In this document: positions 9,375-18,126 of the stretch, piece by piece
Numbering within the stretch: position 1 is the stretch's first letter
How the letters are laid out: the number at the start of each line of letters is the position of its first letter
Assembly: GCA_963761305.1 (NCBI GenBank)
Contig: CAVXGK010000002.1
Span: 160,001 to 224,000 of the forward strand
DNA from: an uncultured Gemmatimonadaceae bacterium
GTDB taxonomy: Bacteria; Gemmatimonadota; Gemmatimonadetes; Gemmatimonadales; Gemmatimonadaceae
Reading direction: 5' to 3'
Length of the DNA stretch: 64,000 nucleotides
Notes under the pieces: model-generated
What the model was told of the DNA's origin: nothing
The model's database searches: none
What the model saw: the letters and a program-made list of their open reading frames with translations, nothing else
Translations under genes and position numbers: made by a program

Positions 9375-9942
9375 GCGCCGCTCGTTTGGTGCCGACCACC
9401 TGGACGGGCATCTCGCTCAACTTTCGAAACACGCGCTCGCGCCGCTGCACCGGCCACCAGTCGTAGAGGTACATCTCCATCGGCCGCCACATCGCGACCC
9501 ACCCGGCGATGGTGAGACTCTCACGCACGTAGCCGCCCCAGTCGCCGGCGTCGCGGGGCACGACGGCGTGCGTGATCAGAAGACACGTGGCGAGGAACAC
9601 GAGTCCGATGACGAGCGCGACGCGCCCCTCGCGCAGGATGCGTTTGAATTCCAGATGGGCGATGCCGGCCCGGTAGTCGTAGTAGTTGTGGACGGCCTTC
9701 GTGATCAGCGCCGTCGGATCGACGTCGGGCCAGCGCTCGAGATGGACGCGCAGAGAGACGGGCGCGTCGACGGGATACTCGCGCGCCCAACTGACGATGT
9801 ATTCGTCCGCGTCCTGATCGAGATCCCGCTCGTTGAACGGCGAAGGATCCATGGAATTGAAGAGCTGATTGACCTCGTGGACGTTCAGCTCGATCAGACG
9901 TGCGGGCCCTTTCGACTCTGGTGTCAGGCGAAACAGGCTCAT
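9358..9942 (-). CDS. Conserved hypothetical membrane protein (2 C-terminal TM segments)
   Basis: LFNSMDPSPF-x-ERDLD and ESL-x-IAGWVAMWRP-x-E-x2-LYDWWP look conserved. RBS AGGAGG. Confidence 0.7.
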   Translation of the reverse strand: MSLFRLTPESKGPARLIELNVHEVNQLFNSMDPSPFNERDLDQDADEYIVSWAREYPVDAPVSLRVHLERWPDVDPTALITKAVHNYYDYRAGIAHLEFKRILREGRVALVIGLVFLATCLLITHAVVPRDAGDWGGYVRESLTIAGWVAMWRPMEMYLYDWWPVQRRERVFRKLSEMPVQVVGTKRAALSRAR

Positions 9943-10093
9943 CTTCGCCTCCTGCTGAGTCTTGCTTACACGTTTCGGGCCGCCGACGCGAACCCCCGCG
10001 AGCCGGGGGGGCGGCATTACATTGGCAGCGCCCGCCAGCGCGCCGTCGCCCCGGCGCGTGAAACCCGTCGCTCATTCGCCCGGAAGACCGCAA

Positions 10094-10468
10094 ATGGAGA
10101 GAGCCAAGGCCCTCGCGTTGTACGACAAGCTGCTCGCCACCAACCCGAACGTGGAGCGAAAGGGCGACACGATGCCGTACACGTCGCTCAACGGCAACAT
10201 GTTCAGCCTGTTCACCAAAGAGAACCGGCTCACGCTCCGCTTGCCGGAGGAAGAGCGCGAGGCGTTTCTATCGCGCTACAAGACGACGCTTTCAGAGCAG
10301 TACGGCCACGTCCAGCCGGAGTACGTCGTCGTCCCGGACGCGTTGTTGGCGAAAACGGCCGAGTTGAAGCGGCACTTCGACGTCAGCTACGCGTACGTCA
10401 CGTCGCTTCGGCCGAAGCCGACGACGAAGAAGAAGCCAGCCGGCGCGAAGCAGCGACGGAAGAAGTAG
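10094..10468 (+). CDS. Small hypothetical protein, TfoX-N-like
   Basis: MPYTSLNGNMF, L-x-LRLP, EYV-x-VP pattern with a basic tail. Confidence 0.6.
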   Translation: MERAKALALYDKLLATNPNVERKGDTMPYTSLNGNMFSLFTKENRLTLRLPEEEREAFLSRYKTTLSEQYGHVQPEYVVVPDALLAKTAELKRHFDVSYAYVTSLRPKPTTKKKPAGAKQRRKK

Positions 10469-10501
10469 TTGCCGCCCATCGATACCACCCAGCCCATACC
10501 G

Positions 10502-10984
10502 ATGCCCACCACCTTCATCCAGCACCCCGGCCGCGCCGGCATGTTCGGCGCGCTGATGGACGAGTACGCCCGATCGGCCGAGGACTTTTGTCGCGTCGTC
10601 GATTGGTTCGACGCGTCGCGGTTCGACGCCGAGCGACCAGAGAACTCGCCGACGACCAAATCGCCCCGGGTCATGTGCGCGCACGTGTGTGGCGCGTCGC
10701 ACCGCTACGCGAACTACATCCGCAAAGCGCGCGGCGTGGACTTCATCGATCGCTACGAGGTCGACCCGGCGCTCATCACGTCACCGCACGACGTCCGCCG
10801 ACTCCTCGCCGAAGGCATCATGTTCACCGAGGCGACCGTCGAACCGCTGCGCGCATCGACGGAAGAACAGGTCCGCGCGCTGACGTTCCCCGTACGCTGG
10901 GGGCCGACCTACGACCCGGAGATGATCATCGAGCACTCGATCTGTCATCTCCTACGGCATAGGCGTCAGCTGGAGCGTTGGTGA
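10502..10984 (+). CDS. DinB-family protein
   Basis: Early His (AHV) and late EH-x3-H-x3-H-x2-Q motif. Confidence 0.7.
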   Translation: MPTTFIQHPGRAGMFGALMDEYARSAEDFCRVVDWFDASRFDAERPENSPTTKSPRVMCAHVCGASHRYANYIRKARGVDFIDRYEVDPALITSPHDVRRLLAEGIMFTEATVEPLRASTEEQVRALTFPVRWGPTYDPEMIIEHSICHLLRHRRQLERW

Positions 10985-10991
10985 GCTGAAC

Positions 10992-11089
10992 GAGGGACGA
11001 GTGCGGTGACGGAGCACGGAGACCTGGAACGAGAATGAGGGACGAGTGCGGTGACGGAGTGCGGAGACCTGGAACGAGAATGAGGGACG
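10992..11089. repeat. 45-bp tandem direct repeat, about 2.2 copies
   Basis: 10992-11036 and 11037-11081 differ at 2 bases, followed by a partial third copy. Lies between convergent stop codons. Confidence 0.9.
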
Positions 11090-11094
11090 CGGGG

Positions 11095-12369
11095 CTAGAG
11101 CGTTTTCAAGTATTGAACGAGGTCGGTCTTCTGCGCCGGCGTCAGGTGCAGACCCTTTTTCGTGTCGTACAAGTCGACGACGGCTTCGAGCGTCGGGGCG
11201 ACGCCGTTGTGGAAATAGGGCGCGTGCTGCGACAGACCGCGGAGCGGCGTCGTGCGATACTCCTTCGTCGCGCTGCGTGACGCGAGGCTCGGCCCACCGT
11301 TCGGCTCCGGTTCGCTCACGACCTCCGACGCCTGATGCAAGCGGCCCGGCGCATCGGTGAAATTCGCGCCGACGTGGCACGTCGCGCATTTGCCGGCGCC
11401 GTTGAACACGGTCTTGCCGCGCGCCGCGGCGGCCTGATCGAATGACCCCGCGGCCGGCGCCGGCTTCACAAGACTCAGCTGATACTCCTGTAACGCCGGG
11501 AGCAGCGCCGTCACCGAATCCGGCGGATTCTGCACGTTCTCCGGCGGCGTGAGGCGCGAGTCGGTGAAGCTGCCGTGCCCGTGCATCTGTGTGACGGCCA
11601 CGTATCGATTCCAGTACGCGATCTCCTTTCCGTCGCCTGTGTACGTCACGCTCGCCACGCCGCGAAGCCCGTACGCAGGCGGGATCGCCTGGGGCGCGCT
11701 CTTGCCGTCGAAGTTGTAGCGGGCGTCGTACATGCCCGGGCCCCACGAGTTGTAGACCGCCTTCTGCGCCGGGGTCAACGCGGGCGACAGCGCGATGATC
11801 GCGCCGGGGTTCAGGTCGTGGTTCGGCCAACCGTCCAACCGTTTGCCGATGCCCGGCGCGAACGAGTTGTCGACCGTCGAATGACACAACGCGCACGTGA
11901 TGCCGACGCGCGTGAGCTGGTCCTTGCCGTTCACCGTCGTCACGGTGCCGCGAACGCCGACCACCGCGTTCAGCTTGAGGAGCACGACCGTCGTCGCCGG
12001 GCTCTTGAGATCGACCGTTCCGTTCTTGATGCCCTGGACGACGGCCGGCGGCAGCGAGTCCGTATCTACTTTCAGGCCGACCTTGAGCGCCGTGGTCGGA
12101 TCGACCGCGCTCTGAATCACCTGGTTCATGTGCAACGAGTCGGTCCAGAAGGTCTCGTCGCCGAACGTCTCGTAGCGAAAGATCGTCTTGCCGCTCGCGG
12201 CGAACGCCGGATCCAGCGTGCCGGCGGCGGCAGATGTGTTCGACGCCTTGTTGCAGCCGGATACACTCGCAACAACGGCCAGTGCGGCGATCAACACGAG
12301 AGGACGTCGCGATGCAAGGCCGAGACCTGCGCCATCGCTGCCGTGCTCGGCAGGAACAGTGTAGCCCAT
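11095..12369 (-). CDS. Di-heme c-type cytochrome lipoprotein (cytochrome c peroxidase/MauG-like superfamily)
   Basis: Two CxxCH motifs (CALCH, CATCH), C-terminal TPLRGL-x3-APYFHNG-x3-TL, lipobox VSGC. Confidence 0.8.
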   Translation of the reverse strand: MGYTVPAEHGSDGAGLGLASRRPLVLIAALAVVASVSGCNKASNTSAAAGTLDPAFAASGKTIFRYETFGDETFWTDSLHMNQVIQSAVDPTTALKVGLKVDTDSLPPAVVQGIKNGTVDLKSPATTVVLLKLNAVVGVRGTVTTVNGKDQLTRVGITCALCHSTVDNSFAPGIGKRLDGWPNHDLNPGAIIALSPALTPAQKAVYNSWGPGMYDARYNFDGKSAPQAIPPAYGLRGVASVTYTGDGKEIAYWNRYVAVTQMHGHGSFTDSRLTPPENVQNPPDSVTALLPALQEYQLSLVKPAPAAGSFDQAAAARGKTVFNGAGKCATCHVGANFTDAPGRLHQASEVVSEPEPNGGPSLASRSATKEYRTTPLRGLSQHAPYFHNGVAPTLEAVVDLYDTKKGLHLTPAQKTDLVQYLKTL

Positions 12370-12482
12370 CGTAGGATTCCTCCGACGAGTCGATCGACGA
12401 ACATCGAGCGGCGTGACGTGCGAACCAACGGAATAAGAGGCGTCATCGTGCCGGTGTCTTGTGGATTCTTGACGTGGGCAGC

Positions 12483-13376
12483 ATGACCGAAGCGGCCGAC
12501 GACGCTCTCGCCAGGGCGCGGCCCGACCATGCGGAGATCGTCGCGGTGAAAATGTCCACTGGGGCGTCGGTCGAGCTCATGCGATCGTCGTATCGGGCGC
12601 AGGCGTTCCCGAAGCACACGCACGAGTTCTTCACGATCGGGCTGGTGCTTCGCGGCGCTGGACGACTGTGGTATCGCGGCGCCGAGCGAGTCACGAATCG
12701 CGGCGAGGTGGTCGTGATTCCCCCGGGTGAGGTGCACACCGGCTCGGTGGCGCCCGGCGCGGACGTGCTCGAGTATGTGGCCGCGCACGTCCCGGCCGAT
12801 GTTATGGCCGAGTGCGCGGATGACGGCGACGGTGGCGGGTGCCCGCCGGACCTCGATGCGCCGGTGTTTCACGACGAGGTGGTCGCGGCACACCTGCGAC
12901 GACTCGAGGGCGCGATGGCATCCGATGCGTCGGCGCGCGATGCCGCGGACGAGGCGTTGACGGCGGCGATCGGCCTGCTGGTCGAGCGTCACACGCGCAC
13001 GTCGTGCTCGCCGACCGCGGCGAGGCGCCTCGGCGACGGGGAAGGAGAGCCGCGCCTCGTGCAAATCGCCCGCGAAGCGCTCGACGACTGCTACGGCGAC
13101 AACGCGCAGACGTCGCTGGCGGCGCTCGCCTTACGCGCCGGGGTCAGTCCGTTCCATCTTGTACGCGTGTTCACGCGCGTCGTCGGACTATCCCCGCATC
13201 AATACCTCGTGCAAACGCGAATTCGCCGCGCTACCGAGCTCCTCGCGCGCGGAGTCCCATGTTCGTTCGTCGCTGCGACGACCGGGTTCGCCGATCAGAG
13301 CCATCTGACGAGGCAATTCAAGCGCTATTTGGGGATCACGCCCGCGTCGTACCAGCGGTGCGTCCGTGCCGGCTAG
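12483..13376 (+). CDS. AraC-family transcriptional regulator
   Basis: Cupin H-x-H...PGEVH and GFADQSHLTR-x-FKR-x2-G-x-TP. Confidence 0.93.
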   Translation: MTEAADDALARARPDHAEIVAVKMSTGASVELMRSSYRAQAFPKHTHEFFTIGLVLRGAGRLWYRGAERVTNRGEVVVIPPGEVHTGSVAPGADVLEYVAAHVPADVMAECADDGDGGGCPPDLDAPVFHDEVVAAHLRRLEGAMASDASARDAADEALTAAIGLLVERHTRTSCSPTAARRLGDGEGEPRLVQIAREALDDCYGDNAQTSLAALALRAGVSPFHLVRVFTRVVGLSPHQYLVQTRIRRATELLARGVPCSFVAATTGFADQSHLTRQFKRYLGITPASYQRCVRAG

Positions 13377-14043
13377 TCCGCGCGCATTCGCGTGGAGCCG
13401 GCGCGCCGCCACGTTCTCCGGCCTTGGCGCCGTCGCGGCGATGGTCGTCTATCCCGGCGGCACGTATCGCGACCACTCGACGACCGGTTACCAGTTCTTT
13501 CACAACTTCTTCAGCGATCTGGGCGCGACGGTGGCGTACAACGGCCAGCCGAATCAGTTCGGGGCCCCGGTGTACTTCGTGAGCCTCGTGGTGTTGGTGA
13601 TCGCGATGGGCGCGATGCTCGTCTCGCTCGCGCGCGTCTATTCCCGGTCGGCGCGCGCCGTGTGGTTCACCCGGCTCGCCGCCGTCGCGGGCGCGCTCAC
13701 GTGCGCGTTCTTCATCGGCGTGGCGGCCACGCCGGAGAACCACTTCATGCCGCTGCACGTGCTGTTCACGAAACTGGCATTCCGCACCTTTCCGACGGTG
13801 CCGCTGTTTCTCGGCTTGGCGGCTGTCCGGAATCCTGCGCTACCGTCGCGCGTCGGCGTCGCGTGGGTGGTGATGATCGTGCTGCTGGTCTCGTACGTCC
13901 TCGTGCTGGACTTCGGGCCGCGGGCATCGACGCCGGTCGGCCTGGTGGTACAGGTAACCGCGCAGAAGATCGTTTCGGTCGGAGCGGTAGTGCTCCTCGT
14001 CTACCAGTCGTTTCAGGCCGAGCGACTCACGACCGTCGGATAG
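13366..14043 (+). CDS. Hypothetical membrane protein (DUF998-like)
   Basis: YPGG...NFFSDLG motif and about 6 TM segments. Overlaps the AraC stop. Confidence 0.65.
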   Translation: MPASPRAFAWSRRAATFSGLGAVAAMVVYPGGTYRDHSTTGYQFFHNFFSDLGATVAYNGQPNQFGAPVYFVSLVVLVIAMGAMLVSLARVYSRSARAVWFTRLAAVAGALTCAFFIGVAATPENHFMPLHVLFTKLAFRTFPTVPLFLGLAAVRNPALPSRVGVAWVVMIVLLVSYVLVLDFGPRASTPVGLVVQVTAQKIVSVGAVVLLVYQSFQAERLTTVG

Positions 14044-14044
14044 T

Positions 14045-15148
14045 TCACTTCTCGGCGAGGAACTTCGCGATCGTCGTGTTCAGGAAGTCACGATCGGCTG
14101 GACTGGCGCCTGCGCCCGCGGGATGGCCCCACAGCGACGGGATCGGCGTGAACTGAACCTTGGCGATGAACTGCTGCTCATAGCGCGCGTCGGTCAGCGG
14201 GAAATACAGGTCCGTTTCCGATGGCATATATAGAAACGGCACCTTGATCGAGCGCAGCGCGCGCTCGACGTCGCCATTGAAGCCGGGCGTGGCGCCGACG
14301 TCGTGCCGTTGCCACGTGCGCGCCTGGAGAATCACGTCGTTCGCGTCGGCGCCCGACAAGAAGCTCGTGCGGAACGTGTTGACGTATTGTTCGAACGTGG
14401 TGCCGGGCGCGGTGACCGTCTTCCACAGCTCGCGGCGCCACCACTCCTGCGAGTAGAGCCAGCCGGCCCACACCATCCCGAACGCCTCCATTCCTTTCTT
14501 GGGCGGCGTGGTGTAGTCGCCGTTGTTGAACGTCGGATCGGCGGTGAGCGCGGCGATCTGGCCCTCGAGTCGCACGATGCCGTGGCCGTACGTCTTCGCG
14601 GTGCCCGACGTCGCGACGATTCGGTCGGCGAAATCGGGATAGCTCACCGCCCACTGAAACGCCTGCTGCGCGCCCATCGAGAAGCCGATCACGGCGCGCA
14701 GGTGCGTGATCTTGAGATCGTCGACGAGCAGCCGGTGCACCGCGTCGACGTTGTCTCGGATCGTCATCACTGGAAAGCGCGGCCCATGATGCGGCTCCGG
14801 TGTGTTGCTCGGGGACGACGAGTGGCCGTTGCCAAACAGCTCCGTGGCGACGAGGAACATCGTCGCCGTATCGAGCGCGCGCCCCGGGCCGATCAACCAC
14901 TCGTAGCCGTGATGATTGGCCATGTAGTGCGACGGCAGTAGAATCGCGTTGTCGTGCGCCGCGTTCAAATGGCCGTACGTGCCGTAGACGACGATCGCCT
15001 TCGGCAGCACGACGCCGCTTTCCGTCTTGAAGTTGTCGATGACGAACTGATGGTGCTCGGCGTGGTCCACGCGCTGCGGCTGGGCCGCGCACGGGACCGT
15101 CCACACGACGGCGGCGCCGATGACGGCGGCGAGAAGACGTGTATTCAC
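14045..15148 (-). CDS. MetX-like alpha/beta hydrolase with signal peptide
   Basis: YGTYG-x-LN, GNG-x-SSSPSN, GFSMG nucleophile, TDLYF, WGH. GTG start followed by a hydrophobic signal segment. Confidence 0.85.
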   Translation of the reverse strand: MNTRLLAAVIGAAVVWTVPCAAQPQRVDHAEHHQFVIDNFKTESGVVLPKAIVVYGTYGHLNAAHDNAILLPSHYMANHHGYEWLIGPGRALDTATMFLVATELFGNGHSSSPSNTPEPHHGPRFPVMTIRDNVDAVHRLLVDDLKITHLRAVIGFSMGAQQAFQWAVSYPDFADRIVATSGTAKTYGHGIVRLEGQIAALTADPTFNNGDYTTPPKKGMEAFGMVWAGWLYSQEWWRRELWKTVTAPGTTFEQYVNTFRTSFLSGADANDVILQARTWQRHDVGATPGFNGDVERALRSIKVPFLYMPSETDLYFPLTDARYEQQFIAKVQFTPIPSLWGHPAGAGASPADRDFLNTTIAKFLAEK

Positions 15149-15180
15149 GTGTTTTTGTAATGCGAGGGGATTGCGGCCGC

Positions 15181-17883
15181 TCAGAGCCAGGAGCCGAAGC
15201 GCCGAATGTACCAGCCTTTCACGATCTGCGTCAGCACGGAATACGACAGCAGGATCACGACGAGCCAGGCGAAGTAGCTCGTCGGAAGCGGCACGAGTCC
15301 CAGTTTTGCGCCGAGCGGAATGAACGGCAACACGAGACCGGCGGCGATGATCGCGCCGGTGGTGAACAACACCGGCAGCGTCGCGCGGCTCTGGACGAAG
15401 GGCAGCTTGGCGGTGCGAATCATGTGGACGATGAGCGTCTGCGTCGCCAACGACTCGATGAACCATCCCGACTGAAACAACGCCTGCCGTGCCGGCGCGT
15501 TGGCGCGGAACACGTACCACATCACGAGAAACGTGACGACGTCGAAGATCGAGCTGATCGGCCCGATGAAAATCATGAATCGGCCGATGTCGTCGGCCCG
15601 CCATTGCCGCGGAACCCGGATGTACTCCGGGTCCATGTCGTCCCACGGAATCGCCGCCTGCGAGAAATCGTACAGCAAATTCACCGTCAGCAGCTGCACG
15701 GGAAGCATGGGGAGAAACGGCAGAAACGCGCTGGCGATCAGCACACTAAAAACGTTTCCGAAGTTCGAGCTCGCCGTCATCTTGATGTACTTGATCGTGT
15801 TGCCGAAGGTGCGACGCCCTTCGACCACGCCCTCCTCGAGCACCATCAGACTTTTCTCGAGGAGGATGATGTCCGCCGACTCCTTGGCGATGTCCACCGC
15901 CGAGTCGACCGAGACGCCGACGTCGGCCTGACGCAGCGCGCCGGCGTCGTTGATGCCGTCGCCCAGAAAGCCGACCGTGTGGCCGCGCGCCCTGAGCGAG
16001 CGCACGATGCGCGTCTTGTCGTCGGGCGTGAGCTTGGCGAACACCCTGTGCTCGGCGGCGATCGCGCCGACAGCGGCGTCGTCCAATCCGGCGAGCTCCT
16101 GTCCGAGCACGATGTGCCCGACGTCGAGACCGACGTCGCGGCAAATCTTGCGCGTCACCAGATCGTTGTCGCCGGTGAGGATCTTGACGGTGATCCCCTG
16201 TGCGGCAAGCGCTTTCAGCGCCGGTCCGGCGGACTCCTTCGGCGGATCGAGGAAGCCGATGAATCCGGCAAGGACCATGTCGGACTCGTCGGCGATCGAG
16301 TAGGGGCCGTGCGTCGTGGGAAAGAGCCGATACGCCACGGCTACGACGCGAAACCCGTCCTCGTTCATCTCGGCGACCAGCTCGCGGGCATCCTCGCGGC
16401 GTTCCGCTTCGAGTTCGACGACCTGCGCCTCTCCGTCGTGCGCGCGTTCGTCGCGCACGCGTGTGCAAGCGGCGAGAATCTCTTCGGCCGCGCCCTTGCA
16501 GATGAGCTGATGGTCCTTGCGTTCGTGGTCGACGACGACCGACATCCGGCGCCGGGTGAAGTCGAACGGGATCTCGTCGACTTTGCCGTACGCCTTGTCG
16601 ATCGCCAGCTCTCGCTGCAACTCGGCGTGGTCGAGCACCGCGACGTCGAGCAGGTTCTTGAGTCCCGTCTGGTAGAAGCTGTTCAGGTAGGCGAGCGCGA
16701 GGACGAAATCGTCTTCCTCGCCCACGACGTTGACGTGCCGCTCCAGCACGACCTTGTCCTGCGTGAGCGTGCCGGTCTTGTCGGTGCACAGCACGTCCAT
16801 CGCGCCGAAATTCTGAATCGAGTTGAGGCGCTTTACGACGGTCTTGCGACGCGCCATCGTCACGGCGCCTTTCGCCAGATTCGTCGTGACGATCATCGGC
16901 AGCATCTCGGGGGTGAGCCCGACGGCGACGGCGAGGCCGAACAGCAGTGCCTCGACCCAATTGCCCTTGCTGAAGCCATTGAGCAGGAAGACGATCGGCA
17001 CCATCACGGCGATGAACCGGATGAAGAGCCAGCTCACCTTCTGTACGCCGACGTCGAACGCCGTCTCCACGCGCGGGCCGCCGAGACCTTTCGCCAGCCG
17101 GCCGAAGCTGGTATCGCCGCCCGTCGCGACGACGGCCGCCGTTGCGGTGCCGCTCACGACGCTCGTGCCCATGAAGCAGACCGTCGGCAGCTCGGTCAGC
17201 GATGGCGCGCCACTCGGCCGCATCGCGCGATCCACCTTCTCGACCGGCAGCGCCTCGCCGGTGAGCGACGCCTGGCTCACGAACAGGTCCTTCGCGGCGA
17301 CGACGCGCACGTCGGCCGGGATCATGTCGCCGGCCGAGAGATACACGATGTCGCCCGGCACGAGCTCGTCCATCGGGATCTCGCGTCGGCGCGTGGCGGG
17401 CGTGCTGTCCGGTTCGAACTCGTCGCCCGCGCGCTCGACCGCGGTGCTCGTACGAACCAAGGCGCGCAGCGCCTGCGCGGACTTGCCCGAGCGAAATTCC
17501 TGGACGAAGCGGAGTCCGGTGCTGAACACGACCATCGCGCCGATGACGGTCATCGCCTCGTTGTCGCCCGTCAGGCCCGACACGACGGCGAGCGTCGTCA
17601 GCAAGAAGTTGAACGGGTTGGCGAAGGCGCGGGCCAGCTCGGCGTACCAGCTCGGCGGTTTCTCGTGCGCGACCTCGTTGCGTCCGTAGCGCTGGCGACG
17701 CGCCAGGACTTCGTCGTCGGTCAGGCCTTGGCGATCGGTGTCGAGCGACGAGTACGCCGACTCCGGGTCGCAGTAGGCGAGCTCGATGAGGCGCGCGTCC
17801 AGCACCGCGGAGCCCTTCCGGGCACCGTTCTTCGCCGAAGAGGCGGGGCCGCGCGCCGGAGCGCCCGGAATGCTCGAGGCCAT
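15181..17883 (-). CDS. mgtA: Magnesium-translocating P-type ATPase
   Basis: LTGEA, GLTPEMLP, DKTGTLT, GDGINDA, SSNFGN, QSGWF-x-E motifs. Confidence 0.95.
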   Translation of the reverse strand: MASSIPGAPARGPASSAKNGARKGSAVLDARLIELAYCDPESAYSSLDTDRQGLTDDEVLARRQRYGRNEVAHEKPPSWYAELARAFANPFNFLLTTLAVVSGLTGDNEAMTVIGAMVVFSTGLRFVQEFRSGKSAQALRALVRTSTAVERAGDEFEPDSTPATRRREIPMDELVPGDIVYLSAGDMIPADVRVVAAKDLFVSQASLTGEALPVEKVDRAMRPSGAPSLTELPTVCFMGTSVVSGTATAAVVATGGDTSFGRLAKGLGGPRVETAFDVGVQKVSWLFIRFIAVMVPIVFLLNGFSKGNWVEALLFGLAVAVGLTPEMLPMIVTTNLAKGAVTMARRKTVVKRLNSIQNFGAMDVLCTDKTGTLTQDKVVLERHVNVVGEEDDFVLALAYLNSFYQTGLKNLLDVAVLDHAELQRELAIDKAYGKVDEIPFDFTRRRMSVVVDHERKDHQLICKGAAEEILAACTRVRDERAHDGEAQVVELEAERREDARELVAEMNEDGFRVVAVAYRLFPTTHGPYSIADESDMVLAGFIGFLDPPKESAGPALKALAAQGITVKILTGDNDLVTRKICRDVGLDVGHIVLGQELAGLDDAAVGAIAAEHRVFAKLTPDDKTRIVRSLRARGHTVGFLGDGINDAGALRQADVGVSVDSAVDIAKESADIILLEKSLMVLEEGVVEGRRTFGNTIKYIKMTASSNFGNVFSVLIASAFLPFLPMLPVQLLTVNLLYDFSQAAIPWDDMDPEYIRVPRQWRADDIGRFMIFIGPISSIFDVVTFLVMWYVFRANAPARQALFQSGWFIESLATQTLIVHMIRTAKLPFVQSRATLPVLFTTGAIIAAGLVLPFIPLGAKLGLVPLPTSYFAWLVVILLSYSVLTQIVKGWYIRRFGSWL

Positions 17884-17997
17884 GGGTCGGTGGGGCTGCG
17901 CCGCGAACGCTAGAGAGATCGCGAACGGTGTCAACGCTTCGTCGTACTCGCTAATGGATCCTAGTGGGCAAATGGGTTGCCGCGTTACACTTCGTGT

Positions 17998-18126
17998 AGC
18001 GCGCGCTGGGGCGCCTCCTGTCCGCGGCAAGGGAGCAATCCCACCCAACTGGTTCGTTCGTTCCACGTTTCGAACCTTCTTCCGGCCTGTACTCAGCGGA
18101 CTTCAGGCGTACACGGGAGGAGGAAC
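17998..18126 (+). ncRNA. Candidate structured cis-regulatory leader RNA
   Basis: At least six complementary helices, a GNRA-capped hairpin, a 10-bp anti-SD/SD pairing, and a -10-like TACACT at 17986-17991. Confidence 0.6.

Noticed and set aside
10992..11089. Possible CRISPR array
   Set aside because: Units are contiguous with no unique spacers, and no cas genes are in the window. The same applies to the 8-bp arrays.
15149..15646. N-terminal extension of the hydrolase ORF, and likewise 7122-7676 for the release-factor-like ORF
   Set aside because: Overlaps the upstream gene in another frame; better starts with a signal peptide or RBS exist downstream.
15139..17913. 924-aa plus-strand ORF, and similar long shadow ORFs such as 28625-30724, 18625-20460 and 40866-42962
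   Set aside because: Antisense or off-frame shadows of clear genes in high-GC DNA; Arg-rich and without motifs.
17884..17990. Mg2+ riboswitch or mgtL-type leader for mgtA
   Set aside because: No recognisable M-box or leader peptide. The structured element nearby is oriented toward, and pairs with the RBS of, the ankyrin gene.
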